From an uncultured Syntrophobacterales bacterium (GTDB taxonomy: Bacteria > Desulfobacterota > Binatia > UBA9968 > JAJDTQ01), in NCBI GenBank assembly GCA_964519455.1, contig CAZFIU010000003.1, positions 18,943-82,942 on the forward strand: a stretch of 64,000 nucleotides of DNA, written 5' to 3'. The notes beneath the pieces are model-generated. The model was not told where the DNA came from. It searched no databases and was given only the letters and a program-made list of their open reading frames with translations. Position numbers and translations under genes: made by a program. Positions 9,344 to 17,695 of this stretch are shown one piece after another (within the stretch, counting starts at the first letter, position 1; every line of letters starts with the position of its first letter).

Positions 9344-9485
9344 GGACCCGAAAACCTCGCGTCAACGGAAGACGAGCTTCTTTCCTGTCGTGGAACACGG
9401 TTTCCGCCTCATCGAACCCGATCCCGTGCTTGCGCCTGTTGTCGGCATGCTTTCGTTCATCCCATTGGAAGTGGATTTCCGGCAC
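9344..9485 (-). pseudogene. BrnT-family (DUF497) toxin N-terminal remnant
   Basis: The first ~33 aa (MPEIHFQWDERKHADNRRKHGIGFDEAETVFHD) match the BrnT N-terminus. Beyond that the frame runs antisense into the prpE 3' end with Arg/Pro/Gly-rich composition and no BrnT similarity. GTG start at 9485. Confidence 0.45.
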
Positions 9486-9490
9486 ATTTA

Positions 9491-9506
9491 CATTGTACCT
9501 ACAATG
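9491..9506. promoter_or_regulatory. palindrome CATTGTA-CC-TACAATG immediately upstream of the BrnT remnant, a TA-type operator overlapping a TACAAT -10-like hexamer
   Basis: Perfect 7-bp arms read directly. Confidence 0.35.
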
Positions 9507-9607
9507 GCGGCAGGGCTCAATCCCTTGATCCGGCGGCGGGAGGTCAGGTAGGTTGACTTGAGCCCGCCCACCCGGGCCGGCCGGCCGAAAAGGAAGGAGA
9601 CAGGCAC

Positions 9608-10036
9608 ATGCTCAAGATCGAAGGTGTGACCCATTGGTCCATTCCCGTGAACGACCTGGGCGAGGCGGAGAAGTTCTACGGCGACCTGCTGGGACTCAAG
9701 TCCCTGGGGCGGCTCGCCAACGACGTCATGGCGTGCTTCAACGTCGGCGACCACAACATTTTGCTGTGCGAGCGCAGGGAGTTGCCGGACAAGCCGGAGG
9801 ACGACCGCGTGCATCACTCCTTCACGGTCAGCCCGGAGACCCTGAACGAGGCATGCAAGGTCTTCAAGGAAGAGAACGTGAACGTGGTGGAGCTCTACTA
9901 CCGCAAGGGCGGGTACTTCCCGGGCCGCGAGCTTTACTTCACGGACCCCAGCGGCAACCGGCTGGAGCTGCGCGATCCCACCTGGAAGGACGGCATGCCC
10001 CAGCCCACGTTCGAAGAGGTGGCCGCCGCGCAGTAG
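9608..10036 (+). CDS. VOC family protein (glyoxalase/bleomycin-resistance/dioxygenase fold)
   Basis: 142 aa with the VOC beta-alpha-beta-beta-beta pattern (THWSIPVNDLGEAEKFYGDLLGL...). Confidence 0.8.
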   Translation: MLKIEGVTHWSIPVNDLGEAEKFYGDLLGLKSLGRLANDVMACFNVGDHNILLCERRELPDKPEDDRVHHSFTVSPETLNEACKVFKEENVNVVELYYRKGGYFPGRELYFTDPSGNRLELRDPTWKDGMPQPTFEEVAAAQ

Positions 10037-10075
10037 CGCGTGCGGCGCCCCCAACACGCAAGGAGAAAACGAGTG

Positions 10076-11245
10076 ATGGCGCAGGTTGACACCGACACGA
10101 GTTCCGACGATTCCTTTCCTCCCGAACTGGAGGTCAAGGAATACACTTACGACGACTGGATGGCGTCCACGGGAGTGCCGATCCACCGGGGCTACTTCAT
10201 CGAGGACCTGCGCACGGTGGAGCTGGACTGGTGGGAGCAGCGCGGGTGCGAGAGCGCCTTCATCCAGCTCGTGGGACAGGAGGGGGTCACCTCCGCCATG
10301 GTGCAGGAGATCCCGCCCGGAGAGACGTTGCCGCCGCTCAAGTTCGGTCTTGACGAACTCGTCTACGTGCTCCAGGGCCACGGTGTCACCACGGTGTGGC
10401 TGGGCGACAACGGCCCCAGGAACAGCTTCGAATGGCAGCCCCGGAGCCTGTTCCAGATCCCGCACAACTACCACCACACCCTGAGCAACATGCGCGGCGA
10501 CCAGCCCGTGCGGCTGCTGCGCTACAGCTACCTGCCGCTGGCCCTGTCGCTCAACACCGATCCCGAGTTCTTCTTCGACAACCGCTACGACGGCCAGGAC
10601 CACCTGGCCAACGGGGGCCAGCTCTACTCCGAGGCCAAGCTGGTGCGCGACGGCGATCCCACGCGCACCTGGGGCGGGCGCAGCGGCATCTTCTGGTACG
10701 GCAACTTCTTCCCGGACATGGGCTCCTGGAACAAGCTCAACCGCAGCAGCCGCCGGGGCGCGGGCGGTCACAGCGTGCTCATGACCTTTCCCAACTCCGA
10801 GATGTCCTGCCACATGTCGGTGTTCCCTTCCCGCACCTACAAGAAGGCGCACCGCCACGGTCCGGGCCGGGTCATCGTCATCCCCGCAGGCGAGGGCTAC
10901 TCCATCCTCTGGGAGGAGGGCAAGCAGAAGGTGGTGGCGCCGTGGCACGAGGCGAGCATGTTCGTGCCGCCGGGCAAGTGGTTCCACCAGCACTTCAACG
11001 CCGGCGGCACGCCGGCGCGCTACCTGGCGCTGCACCCGCCGCGGCAGTTCCGCGGCCACGCCGAGAAGGTCGAGGACCGCGCCAGGGACCAGATCGAGTA
11101 CGCGGACGAGGACCCGCAGATCCGCGAGCGGTTCGAGGGCGAACTGGACAAGCGCGGGCTCACCAGCCTGATGCCCGACGAGGTCTACAGGGACCGCGAA
11201 TTCCAGTGGACCTACCGGGACGCCGAAGCGCAGGCGGCCCCGTAG
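10076..11245 (+). CDS. bicupin protein (gentisate-1,2-dioxygenase-like cupin family)
   Basis: Two cupin beta-barrel segments with His-rich motifs (HNYHHTL... and HRHGPG...HQHFN). AAGGAG Shine-Dalgarno upstream of ATG 10076. Confidence 0.65.
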   Translation: MAQVDTDTSSDDSFPPELEVKEYTYDDWMASTGVPIHRGYFIEDLRTVELDWWEQRGCESAFIQLVGQEGVTSAMVQEIPPGETLPPLKFGLDELVYVLQGHGVTTVWLGDNGPRNSFEWQPRSLFQIPHNYHHTLSNMRGDQPVRLLRYSYLPLALSLNTDPEFFFDNRYDGQDHLANGGQLYSEAKLVRDGDPTRTWGGRSGIFWYGNFFPDMGSWNKLNRSSRRGAGGHSVLMTFPNSEMSCHMSVFPSRTYKKAHRHGPGRVIVIPAGEGYSILWEEGKQKVVAPWHEASMFVPPGKWFHQHFNAGGTPARYLALHPPRQFRGHAEKVEDRARDQIEYADEDPQIRERFEGELDKRGLTSLMPDEVYRDREFQWTYRDAEAQAAP

Positions 11246-11282
11246 CGGTCGCCCGCGCGGCATCGGCAGAGAGCCGCCGGCC

Positions 11283-12128
11283 ATGCAGATCATCGACTCA
11301 CAGGTCCACATCTGGGCGCCGGAGACGCCGGACAAGCCCTGGGACCGGGTGGACGCGGCCAAGCCGCACCGCCCGGAGCCCATCGGCCACGAGGAGTTGC
11401 TGCGCGAGATGGACGGGGCCGGGGTCCAGCGCGCGGTGCTGGTGCCGCCCACGTGGGAGGCGGACCGCAACGACACCTCGCTGGAGGCCGCCCGCCTCCA
11501 CCCGGACCGCTTCGCGGTCATGGGCCGGCTGACCCTCGACGCGCCCGAGAGCCGGGAGCGCATGGCCGCGTGGAAAGAACAGCCCGGCATGCTCGGCATC
11601 CGCCTGACCTTCCACCGCGGCCGCTACCGCACCTGGCTGGACGACGGCAGCATCGACTGGTTCTGGGCCGCGGCCGAGCGTTACGACGTCCCGGTCATGG
11701 CGCTGGCGCCGCACCACCTGCCGCGGCTGGCCGAGGTGGCCGCGCGCCACCCCGGACTGCGCCTGTGCATCGACCACATGGGGCTCAACAACAGCCTGGT
11801 AGGAAAGCCGCTGGAACCCATCATCGACGGCGTGCTCGAGCTTGCCTCCCTGCCCAACGTGGCGGTCAAGGCCTCGGCGCTGCCGTGCTATTCCACGGAG
11901 AGCTACCCGTATCCGTCGCTCCACCCGCAGGTGCGCCGCGTGGTCGACGCCTTCGGACCCAAGCGCGTCTTCTGGGGCACCGACCTGTCCCACCTGCCGT
12001 GCCCCTACCGGCAGGCCTTGACGCTGTTCACCGAAGAGCTCGACCTCACCGACGACGAGAAGGAATGGATCCTGGGACGCGCGCTGGGGGAATGGCTGGA
12101 CTGGCCGCTGTCCGGGGAGGACTCTTGA
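11283..12128 (+). CDS. amidohydrolase-2 family protein (ACMSD-like metal-dependent hydrolase/decarboxylase)
   Basis: The IIDSQVHIW N-terminal metal-binding motif and the TIM-barrel amidohydrolase_2 pattern. Confidence 0.8.
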   Translation: MQIIDSQVHIWAPETPDKPWDRVDAAKPHRPEPIGHEELLREMDGAGVQRAVLVPPTWEADRNDTSLEAARLHPDRFAVMGRLTLDAPESRERMAAWKEQPGMLGIRLTFHRGRYRTWLDDGSIDWFWAAAERYDVPVMALAPHHLPRLAEVAARHPGLRLCIDHMGLNNSLVGKPLEPIIDGVLELASLPNVAVKASALPCYSTESYPYPSLHPQVRRVVDAFGPKRVFWGTDLSHLPCPYRQALTLFTEELDLTDDEKEWILGRALGEWLDWPLSGEDS

Positions 12129-12130
12129 AG

Positions 12131-13288
12131 ATGGCACGAGAGTACCGTTGCATTTCCGCCGACAGCCATTTCGAGGCGCCTCCGGACCTGTGGCGCCATC
12201 GTGTTCCCGCGAAGTACCGGGACCGCGCGGTGCGGCGGATCCGCCTGTCGAACGGCCGCGACGCGCTGCAGAAAGAGGGCCGGCCGCTGACCTACGGCGG
12301 CACCAGCTACTACGGTGGGCGCCCGCCGGAGGAATTCGATCCAACCGTCATCGATTTCGACAACACGCCGGGCTGCGGCGGCCCCGAGCAACGGCTGCGC
12401 GAGCAGGACCAGGACGGCGTCGACGCCGAGGTGCTGTTCGCCCTGGACGTGCGCAACCCCGCCGTCCGCGACCAGGAAGCCTTCGTCGGCATCATCCACC
12501 ACTTCAACGAGTTCATGGCGGAGGAGTACTGCGCCGTGGACCCGGAGCGCCTCATCGGCGTCGGCGTCCTGCCCAACCGCGGCGTCGAGGACGACATCGC
12601 CGAGATGGAGCACTGCAAGCGCCTGGGCTGCAAGGCGGTATGGCTCGCCACCTATCCCAGCGGGCGCGGCTTCCCGTCACCGGAGGACGACCGCTTCTGG
12701 GCCGCGGCCCTGGACCTGGACATGCCGGTGGTGGTGCACACCTCCTTCACCACCAAGGTGGGTACCCGCGAAACGCCGCTCTTCGACTACCCCCTGTCAC
12801 CGCCGGCCGAGCGCCGGCCGCCCACGGACTTCATCCAGCGTCTCGCCCGCCAGGCCCCGTACCACTCGGGCTCCGTGGAGGCGAGCCAGATGGTCGTGGC
12901 CGGGATCTTCGACCGCTTCCCCAAGCTGCGCATCTACTGGGCCGAGAACAACGCCGGCTGGCTGCCGTACTTCTACGAGCAGATGGACCACGAGTACTCC
13001 GTCAACCGGTTCTGGGCCGAGCGCCAGATGGGGCTGCCGCGGCTCAAGCGCCTTCCCAGCGAGTATCTCCGGGAGCACGCCTACTGGGGCTTCTTCGAGG
13101 ACCACGTGGGCGTGCGCCTGCGCCACGACGTAGGCGTCGACCGCATGCTGTGGGGCAGCGACTTCCCCCACGTGGTGACCCGCTGGCCCCACTCCCGGGA
13201 ACTGCTCGATTCGCAGATGCAGGGCGTCCCGGCCGACGAGCGCCACTTCATGGTGGCCCGCAACGCCATCGAGTTCTTCCGTTTGTAG
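12131..13288 (+). CDS. amidohydrolase-2 family protein (second paralogue)
   Basis: CISADSHFEAP N-terminal motif and ...WGSDFPH C-terminal metal motif. It starts 3 nt after the upstream paralogue. Confidence 0.8.
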   Translation: MAREYRCISADSHFEAPPDLWRHRVPAKYRDRAVRRIRLSNGRDALQKEGRPLTYGGTSYYGGRPPEEFDPTVIDFDNTPGCGGPEQRLREQDQDGVDAEVLFALDVRNPAVRDQEAFVGIIHHFNEFMAEEYCAVDPERLIGVGVLPNRGVEDDIAEMEHCKRLGCKAVWLATYPSGRGFPSPEDDRFWAAALDLDMPVVVHTSFTTKVGTRETPLFDYPLSPPAERRPPTDFIQRLARQAPYHSGSVEASQMVVAGIFDRFPKLRIYWAENNAGWLPYFYEQMDHEYSVNRFWAERQMGLPRLKRLPSEYLREHAYWGFFEDHVGVRLRHDVGVDRMLWGSDFPHVVTRWPHSRELLDSQMQGVPADERHFMVARNAIEFFRL

Positions 13289-13290
13289 CC

Positions 13291-13397
13291 GTCGGGGCCT
13301 CCCTCGGACCTGACTTCTCCACGACACGCGGCCCGCCCGCGACCTGCCAGTTCAGGTGAGGTCGGGGCCTCCCTCGGACCTGGTTTCTCCACGACAC
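13291..13397. repeat. two direct 37-bp repeats (GTCGGGGCCTCCCTCGGACCTG[AC/GT]TTCTCCACGACAC) with a 70-bp period
   Basis: Copies at 13291-13327 and 13361-13397, 35/37 identical. Confidence 0.6.
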
Positions 13398-13460
13398 TCC
13401 GCCCGGATTCCCGCTTCCCAGGGTGTGGCAAACCCTGCTGGACACGTAGAGCCGCCACGC

Positions 13461-13646
13461 CCCCGAATCGTCATTCCCGCGAAACAGACTGTGTCAAAAC
13501 TCACACGATCCGGAAACAGCGCCGCCCCCCGTGACGTCATTCCCGCGAAAGCGGGAATCCATGGGTAGGGCGGGGCTGAAACAGGCTCGTTCCCCACCTC
13601 ACCCCGCCTGGATTCCCGCTTTCGCGGGAATGACGATTCGGGGGGC
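13461..13646. repeat. composite palindromic element of the TCATTCCCGC-GAAA-GCGGGAATGA family
   Basis: The outer arms CCCCGAATCGTCATTCCCGCGAAA (13461-13484) and TTCGCGGGAATGACGATTCGGGGGG (13621-13646) are reverse complements. An inner ~100-bp bipartite palindrome spans 13536-13634. Confidence 0.7.
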
Positions 13647-13708
13647 CGGGAATGAAGTAATGGGGACCGGGAATGACGTGTTGGGAGCCGGAAATGACGT
13701 ATTCGTAA
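13646..13708. repeat. three tandem ~21-bp copies of the half-unit CCGGGAATGA[A/C]GT...
   Basis: ccgggaatgaagtaatgggga / ccgggaatgacgtgttgggag / ccggaaatgacgtattcgtaa, read directly. Confidence 0.5.
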
Positions 13709-13838
13709 CGTCTCCGCCCGGAGGGTTTGGACACGACCGCTTTCGCGGGAACGACGGGTCGGGGTGTCGGCGGTGCTTCCCTTCCGCGGTCAACCGGAGT
13801 AGATTCCACTGCGAATTCCGAACCAGCGGGAGGGAACC

Positions 13839-14861
13839 ATGCTACCCGACATGCCACGTGACCAGCGGCTCGAGTTGCTGCGCAAGATGCTCATGATCCG
13901 GCGCGCGGAAGAGCACGTCGTCCGCTTCAACGAGGAGCACGAAGGGCTCATTCGGGGCCACTTCCACATCTACATCGGCCAGGAGGCCACCGGCGTGGGC
14001 GTGTGCGCGGCACTGGCGCCCGAGGACTACGTCTTCAGCACCCACCGGAACCACGGCCACGTCATCGCCAAGGGCGGCGACCCCGGCAAGGTGCTCGCCG
14101 AGGTCATCGGACGCGAGACCGGCTACTGCCTGGGACGCGGCGGCACCTTCCATGTGGCGGCGCCCGACCTGAACATCCTGCACACCTCCGCCATCGTGGG
14201 CGGCAGCACGGCGCTGGCCTCGGGGGCGGCGCTGGCGGCGCAGGTGCTGGAGTCCAACGCCGTCACGGTGGTCTTCTTCGGCGACGGCGCCATGGACGAG
14301 GGCGTGGCCTACGAAAGCATGAACATCGCGCGGCTGTGGAACCTGCCGCTGATCTTCGTCATGGAGAACAACTACCGGCGCGCCGGAAGGGTCAATACCG
14401 ACCACGCCGCCGACGACCTGCCCAACATTCCGCGCGCGCTCAACCTCGAGACGGTTACCGTGAACGGCGACGACGTGGGGCAGGTGCATGGCACGCTGAA
14501 GGAACTGGTGCGCCGGGTCCGCGCCGGCGAGGGTCCGTTTTTCGTCGAGGCGCGCACCCACCCGTGGCCGGGCAACGACGGCGCCCATCCCACGCTGGTG
14601 GGCGGACCGACGGACATCCACTGGGCCTGGGACCCGAGCCCGGTGCCCGAAGACGTGCGTTCCTGGTACGCCGAGGGCGATTGCATCCTGGCCTATGCGC
14701 GGGAGCTGGCGGAGAGCGAGGGGTGCGACCGGGAGGCCGTGGTGCGGGTCGACGAGGAGGTGCGGCGCGACGCCGACGCCGCGGCGCAGTTCGCGCTCAC
14801 GAGCCCGTTGCCTCCGCCGGAGGCGGCGGTCCGGTATGCGTACGCGGGAAGGAGTGAATAG
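13839..14861 (+). CDS. thiamine-pyrophosphate-dependent dehydrogenase E1 component, alpha subunit (PdhA/AcoA-like)
   Basis: TPP-binding GDG...N region (VVFFGDGAMDEGVAYESMN) in an E1-alpha-like ~340 aa protein. Confidence 0.85.
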   Translation: MLPDMPRDQRLELLRKMLMIRRAEEHVVRFNEEHEGLIRGHFHIYIGQEATGVGVCAALAPEDYVFSTHRNHGHVIAKGGDPGKVLAEVIGRETGYCLGRGGTFHVAAPDLNILHTSAIVGGSTALASGAALAAQVLESNAVTVVFFGDGAMDEGVAYESMNIARLWNLPLIFVMENNYRRAGRVNTDHAADDLPNIPRALNLETVTVNGDDVGQVHGTLKELVRRVRAGEGPFFVEARTHPWPGNDGAHPTLVGGPTDIHWAWDPSPVPEDVRSWYAEGDCILAYARELAESEGCDREAVVRVDEEVRRDADAAAQFALTSPLPPPEAAVRYAYAGRSE

Positions 14862-14863
14862 GC

Positions 14864-15841
14864 ATGGCGCGCGAGATGACCCTGGGAGAGGCGCTGGTCG
14901 AGGCGTTGGCCGAAGCCATGGAGCAGGATCGCCGGGTGGTGTTGATCGGCGGCGGTCTGGTCAGCTCGGGACCGGGCGCGGAGCGGTTCCGCTCGGTGCG
15001 CGAGCGGCACGGCAACCGCATCAAGTCCCCGCCCATCGCCGAGCTGGGCTATTGCGGCATCGCCGCGGGCGCGGCCATGGCCGGACTGCGTCCCCTGGTG
15101 GACATCGGCACCGCGACTTTTTCCTACGAGGCGATCCCGCAGATCAACAACGAGGCCGCCATCGCCTACTCCAACTCCGGCGGCCAGACCAACGCGCCGG
15201 TCACCTACTTCATGCGCTACGGCATCCGCGGCGGCGGCGGCGTGCAGCACTCCGGCAGCCCGCAGCCCTGGTACTGGAACACCCCGGGCCTGCAGGTGGC
15301 CATGCCCGCCACACCGGCGGACGCCAAGGGGCTGCTGCGGACCGCATTGCTGAAGAGCCAGGACCCCACCATCTTCTTGGCCCATGAGCGCCTGCTGGGC
15401 GAGCGCGGCCCGGTGCCCGACGGCGAGCACGAGACCGAGTTCGGCAAGGCCACGGTGGCGCGGGAAGGCAGCGACGTCACCATCGTGGCTTCCGGGGTGC
15501 AGGTGCCCCGGGCGATGGCGGCCGCGGAGGCTCTGGCCAAGGACGGCATCTCGGCGGAGGTGGTGGACCCGCGGACGCTGGAGCCGCTGGACACCGACAC
15601 TCTGCTGGCATCGGTGCGCAAGACCGGCCGCCTGGTGGTCACCGACGAAAGCCACGACAACTGCGGGGTCGCCGCCAATATCGCCGCGCTGATGGCGGAC
15701 CTGGCTTTCGACAGCCTGAAAGCGCCCATCAAGCGGGTCGCCATCCCGCACGTGCCGATCCCGTTCGCGGTGCCGCTGGAGGACTACGTGACGCCGACCG
15801 CGGGGCGTATCGCGGAGGCAGCGCGGGCCGTGATGGGATAG
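14864..15841 (+). CDS. alpha-ketoacid dehydrogenase E1 component, beta subunit (transketolase-like)
   Basis: 325 aa with a transketolase-like pyrimidine-binding N-terminal half and a C-terminal domain. It starts 3 nt after the alpha subunit. Confidence 0.85.
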   Translation: MAREMTLGEALVEALAEAMEQDRRVVLIGGGLVSSGPGAERFRSVRERHGNRIKSPPIAELGYCGIAAGAAMAGLRPLVDIGTATFSYEAIPQINNEAAIAYSNSGGQTNAPVTYFMRYGIRGGGGVQHSGSPQPWYWNTPGLQVAMPATPADAKGLLRTALLKSQDPTIFLAHERLLGERGPVPDGEHETEFGKATVAREGSDVTIVASGVQVPRAMAAAEALAKDGISAEVVDPRTLEPLDTDTLLASVRKTGRLVVTDESHDNCGVAANIAALMADLAFDSLKAPIKRVAIPHVPIPFAVPLEDYVTPTAGRIAEAARAVMG

Positions 15842-15968
15842 AGCTGACGAATCGATCGGTGTCCTTCGACGTCGCGCCGCTGACGCGGCGCTACGCCTGT
15901 CCTGGCCTGATGACGGGCTCGGGACGACGGTCCCGGGAGCGGTTTCCTGTTCGGGTTCCTCCGCTCTC

Positions 15969-16721
15969 CTATTCGGTTTCCCGGTACTCCCGCGCGAACG
16001 CGCACAGCCGTTCCACGGCCAGCTCGAACAGCTCGCCGCCTTTCTCCTTGCTGGCGAGGGTGGGGTCGCCCATGACGCCCGACGGCGACAGGTCCTCGCG
16101 CGGCGTCTGGACGTAGCCTCCGACCTTGCTGACGAAGGCCGGCATCTGCGGCCCGAGATGCGTCACCAAGCTGCCCTGCGCGCACAGCTCCTCGCGCAGG
16201 TGCAGGTTCATGGAGGTCTCCACCGCCCCGGCGTGGCCCACGCGGGCGCCGGGCATCTTCTCGTCCGGGAACAACCGGCCCATGTCCTTGTCCACGAGGC
16301 CGAACCAGTTCAGCACCACGACGCGGATACCCTCCTCGTCCTGCAGCGCCGCCACCGTGGAGCGCGACAGCGCCACCTGCCCGCCGTGGCCGTTCAGCAG
16401 TGCGATGCGCGTGAACCCGTGCCGGTGCACCGAGCGCACGATCTCGCGGATCAGCGCCATCCAGGTGGCCGCCGTCAGGCTGATACTGCCGGGGAAGTTC
16501 TTGTTGCTCGGCGTGAAGCCGAAGGACACCGTCGGCCCCACCAGGATCTCCGTGTCCCGCCGCGCGGCTGTCCTGGCGATCTCCTGCGAGATGAACGCAT
16601 CGGTGTCCAGCGGCAAGTGATGTCCGTGCTGCTCGATGACCCCGACGGGGACGATCACCACGCACCCTTTCTCCGCGCACTCCTTGATCCGCGGCCAGCT
16701 CAACTCTTGCCATATGGGCAT
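15969..16721 (-). CDS. creatininase-family amidohydrolase
   Basis: Family pattern VIVPVGVIEQHGHHLPLDTD...LNGHGG. AGGAGG Shine-Dalgarno upstream of ATG 16721. Confidence 0.8.
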   Translation of the reverse strand: MPIWQELSWPRIKECAEKGCVVIVPVGVIEQHGHHLPLDTDAFISQEIARTAARRDTEILVGPTVSFGFTPSNKNFPGSISLTAATWMALIREIVRSVHRHGFTRIALLNGHGGQVALSRSTVAALQDEEGIRVVVLNWFGLVDKDMGRLFPDEKMPGARVGHAGAVETSMNLHLREELCAQGSLVTHLGPQMPAFVSKVGGYVQTPREDLSPSGVMGDPTLASKEKGGELFELAVERLCAFAREYRETE

Positions 16722-16776
16722 CGTGTCCTCCTGACGGTTGACGGCGCTTCCCGTCGATCGGGGCATTCAGACCGCG

Positions 16777-17091
16777 CTACGGCTTCCTTGCCGTACTCCG
16801 GCGGCGCGAGCCTCCCCGCATCGGCGCATTCGCTTCCGCGGACCGGCCGGTAACCCAGTCCATCATCAAACGCTTGATCTGAGTCTGATAGGGCACGTCG
16901 TGCAGGCTCGCCTTGGCCTTGAACGCCTCCAGCAGGTTCTCCGGCACCTTGAGGCTGATCAGCTTGCTTCCCCTGCGCGCCGCGGGCGAATAGAGCCTGC
17001 GAAACTCATCGAGAAACCGCAGGATGTCCTCGGGCTTCATGCCCCTGCATTGCTCCAGGTACTCCTTCGAGAAGTACTGCACGGGTCTCAT
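16777..17091 (-). CDS. BrnA/DUF4415-like ribbon-helix-helix putative antitoxin
   Basis: The segment KLISLKVPENLLEAFKAKASLHDVPYQTQIKRLMMDWV matches the BrnA/COG3514 core. Its ATG overlaps the upstream nucleotidyltransferase stop (ATGA). Confidence 0.55.
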   Translation of the reverse strand: MRPVQYFSKEYLEQCRGMKPEDILRFLDEFRRLYSPAARRGSKLISLKVPENLLEAFKAKASLHDVPYQTQIKRLMMDWVTGRSAEANAPMRGGSRRRSTARKP

Positions 17092-17552
17092 GAGGCGATG
17101 CTCCTCAGTGCCTTGACGTCCTCGAGATCCTGTGGCCGGCCGCTCTTTTCCTTCATCCGAATCAGATCGTGAACCGCCACCACGGGCAAACGGAGTCCCC
17201 CCGCGGACACCATGTCCACCTGCATCGCCGACAGATCTTCGGTGATGATGATGTCCACCATCTCGGTGGGGTCCGCCGCATTGACGAAGCTCCAGGCGAT
17301 CAGATTGCGGTTGCGGATGTACTCTTCCCGGAAATCGAACACTTCCTGCGCCTTCAGCGGCAGGCGGGCCCGCAGTCCCAGGCGCTTCAGCGCCGATTCC
17401 GCGGCTGTAAAATTCTCACGGGACAACGCGAGCACCAAGTCCAGGTCAAGAGTGCCTCGCACCACGCCGTGCAGTGCGACCGCATGCCCGCCGGCGATGG
17501 CGAAACGGACCCGGGCTTGCCGGAGAGCGGTGACTACGCGCTCGACGAACAT
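17088..17552 (-). CDS. minimal nucleotidyltransferase (MNT-fold) protein
   Basis: The hG[GS]-x9-13-Dh[DE]h motif is present as IAGGHAVALHGVVRGTLDLDLVL. 154 aa. Confidence 0.6.
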   Translation of the reverse strand: MFVERVVTALRQARVRFAIAGGHAVALHGVVRGTLDLDLVLALSRENFTAAESALKRLGLRARLPLKAQEVFDFREEYIRNRNLIAWSFVNAADPTEMVDIIITEDLSAMQVDMVSAGGLRLPVVAVHDLIRMKEKSGRPQDLEDVKALRSIAS

Positions 17553-17557
17553 CTTTC

Positions 17558-17569
17558 TGGTATATACCA
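17558..17569. promoter_or_regulatory. perfect palindrome TGGTATATACCA (with a TATA -10-like core) upstream of the nucleotidyltransferase gene
   Basis: Read directly, 6 nt upstream of ATG 17552. Confidence 0.4.
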
Positions 17570-17606
17570 GATATATCCTATCCGGAAGGGGGCTGCTGCC
17601 TGAAGG

Positions 17607-17667
17607 GCGGACACCCGCGATCGCGGGTCCGCTTCGCCGAACCGAGGGGCATCCACCCTCGGTTCGG
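17607..17667. terminator. two strong GC hairpins downstream of the alcohol dehydrogenase gene
   Basis: GCGGACACCCGCGATCGCGGGTCCGC (17607-17632) and CCGAACCGAGGG-N8-CCTCGGTTCGG (17637-17667). Confidence 0.4.
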
Positions 17668-17695
17668 GCCTGTCGACGGCCGTGCTCCGCGGTCC

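Noticed and set aside
7283-9528. 590-aa (-) and 746-aa (+) ORFs overlapping prpE
   Set aside because: Alternative frames or antisense of the acyl-CoA synthetase gene. Low-complexity R/G/P-rich products.
9488-11599. 703-aa minus-strand ORF
   Set aside because: Antisense to the VOC, bicupin and amidohydrolase genes. No domain similarity.
13290-13840. Possible CRISPR array
   Set aside because: The repeats are self-palindromic hairpins of variable spacing and orientation, without uniform-length unique spacers. No cas genes are present in the window.
13356-13896. Small ORFs (70-121 aa) running through the palindromic repeats, giving VIPAKAGIQ, IPAFAGMT and SFPRKRES peptides (also 40484-40927, 53027-53404)
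   Set aside because: They are translations of the repeat elements themselves. The same peptides recur wherever the element occurs, on either strand, which is a repeat-driven annotation artefact.
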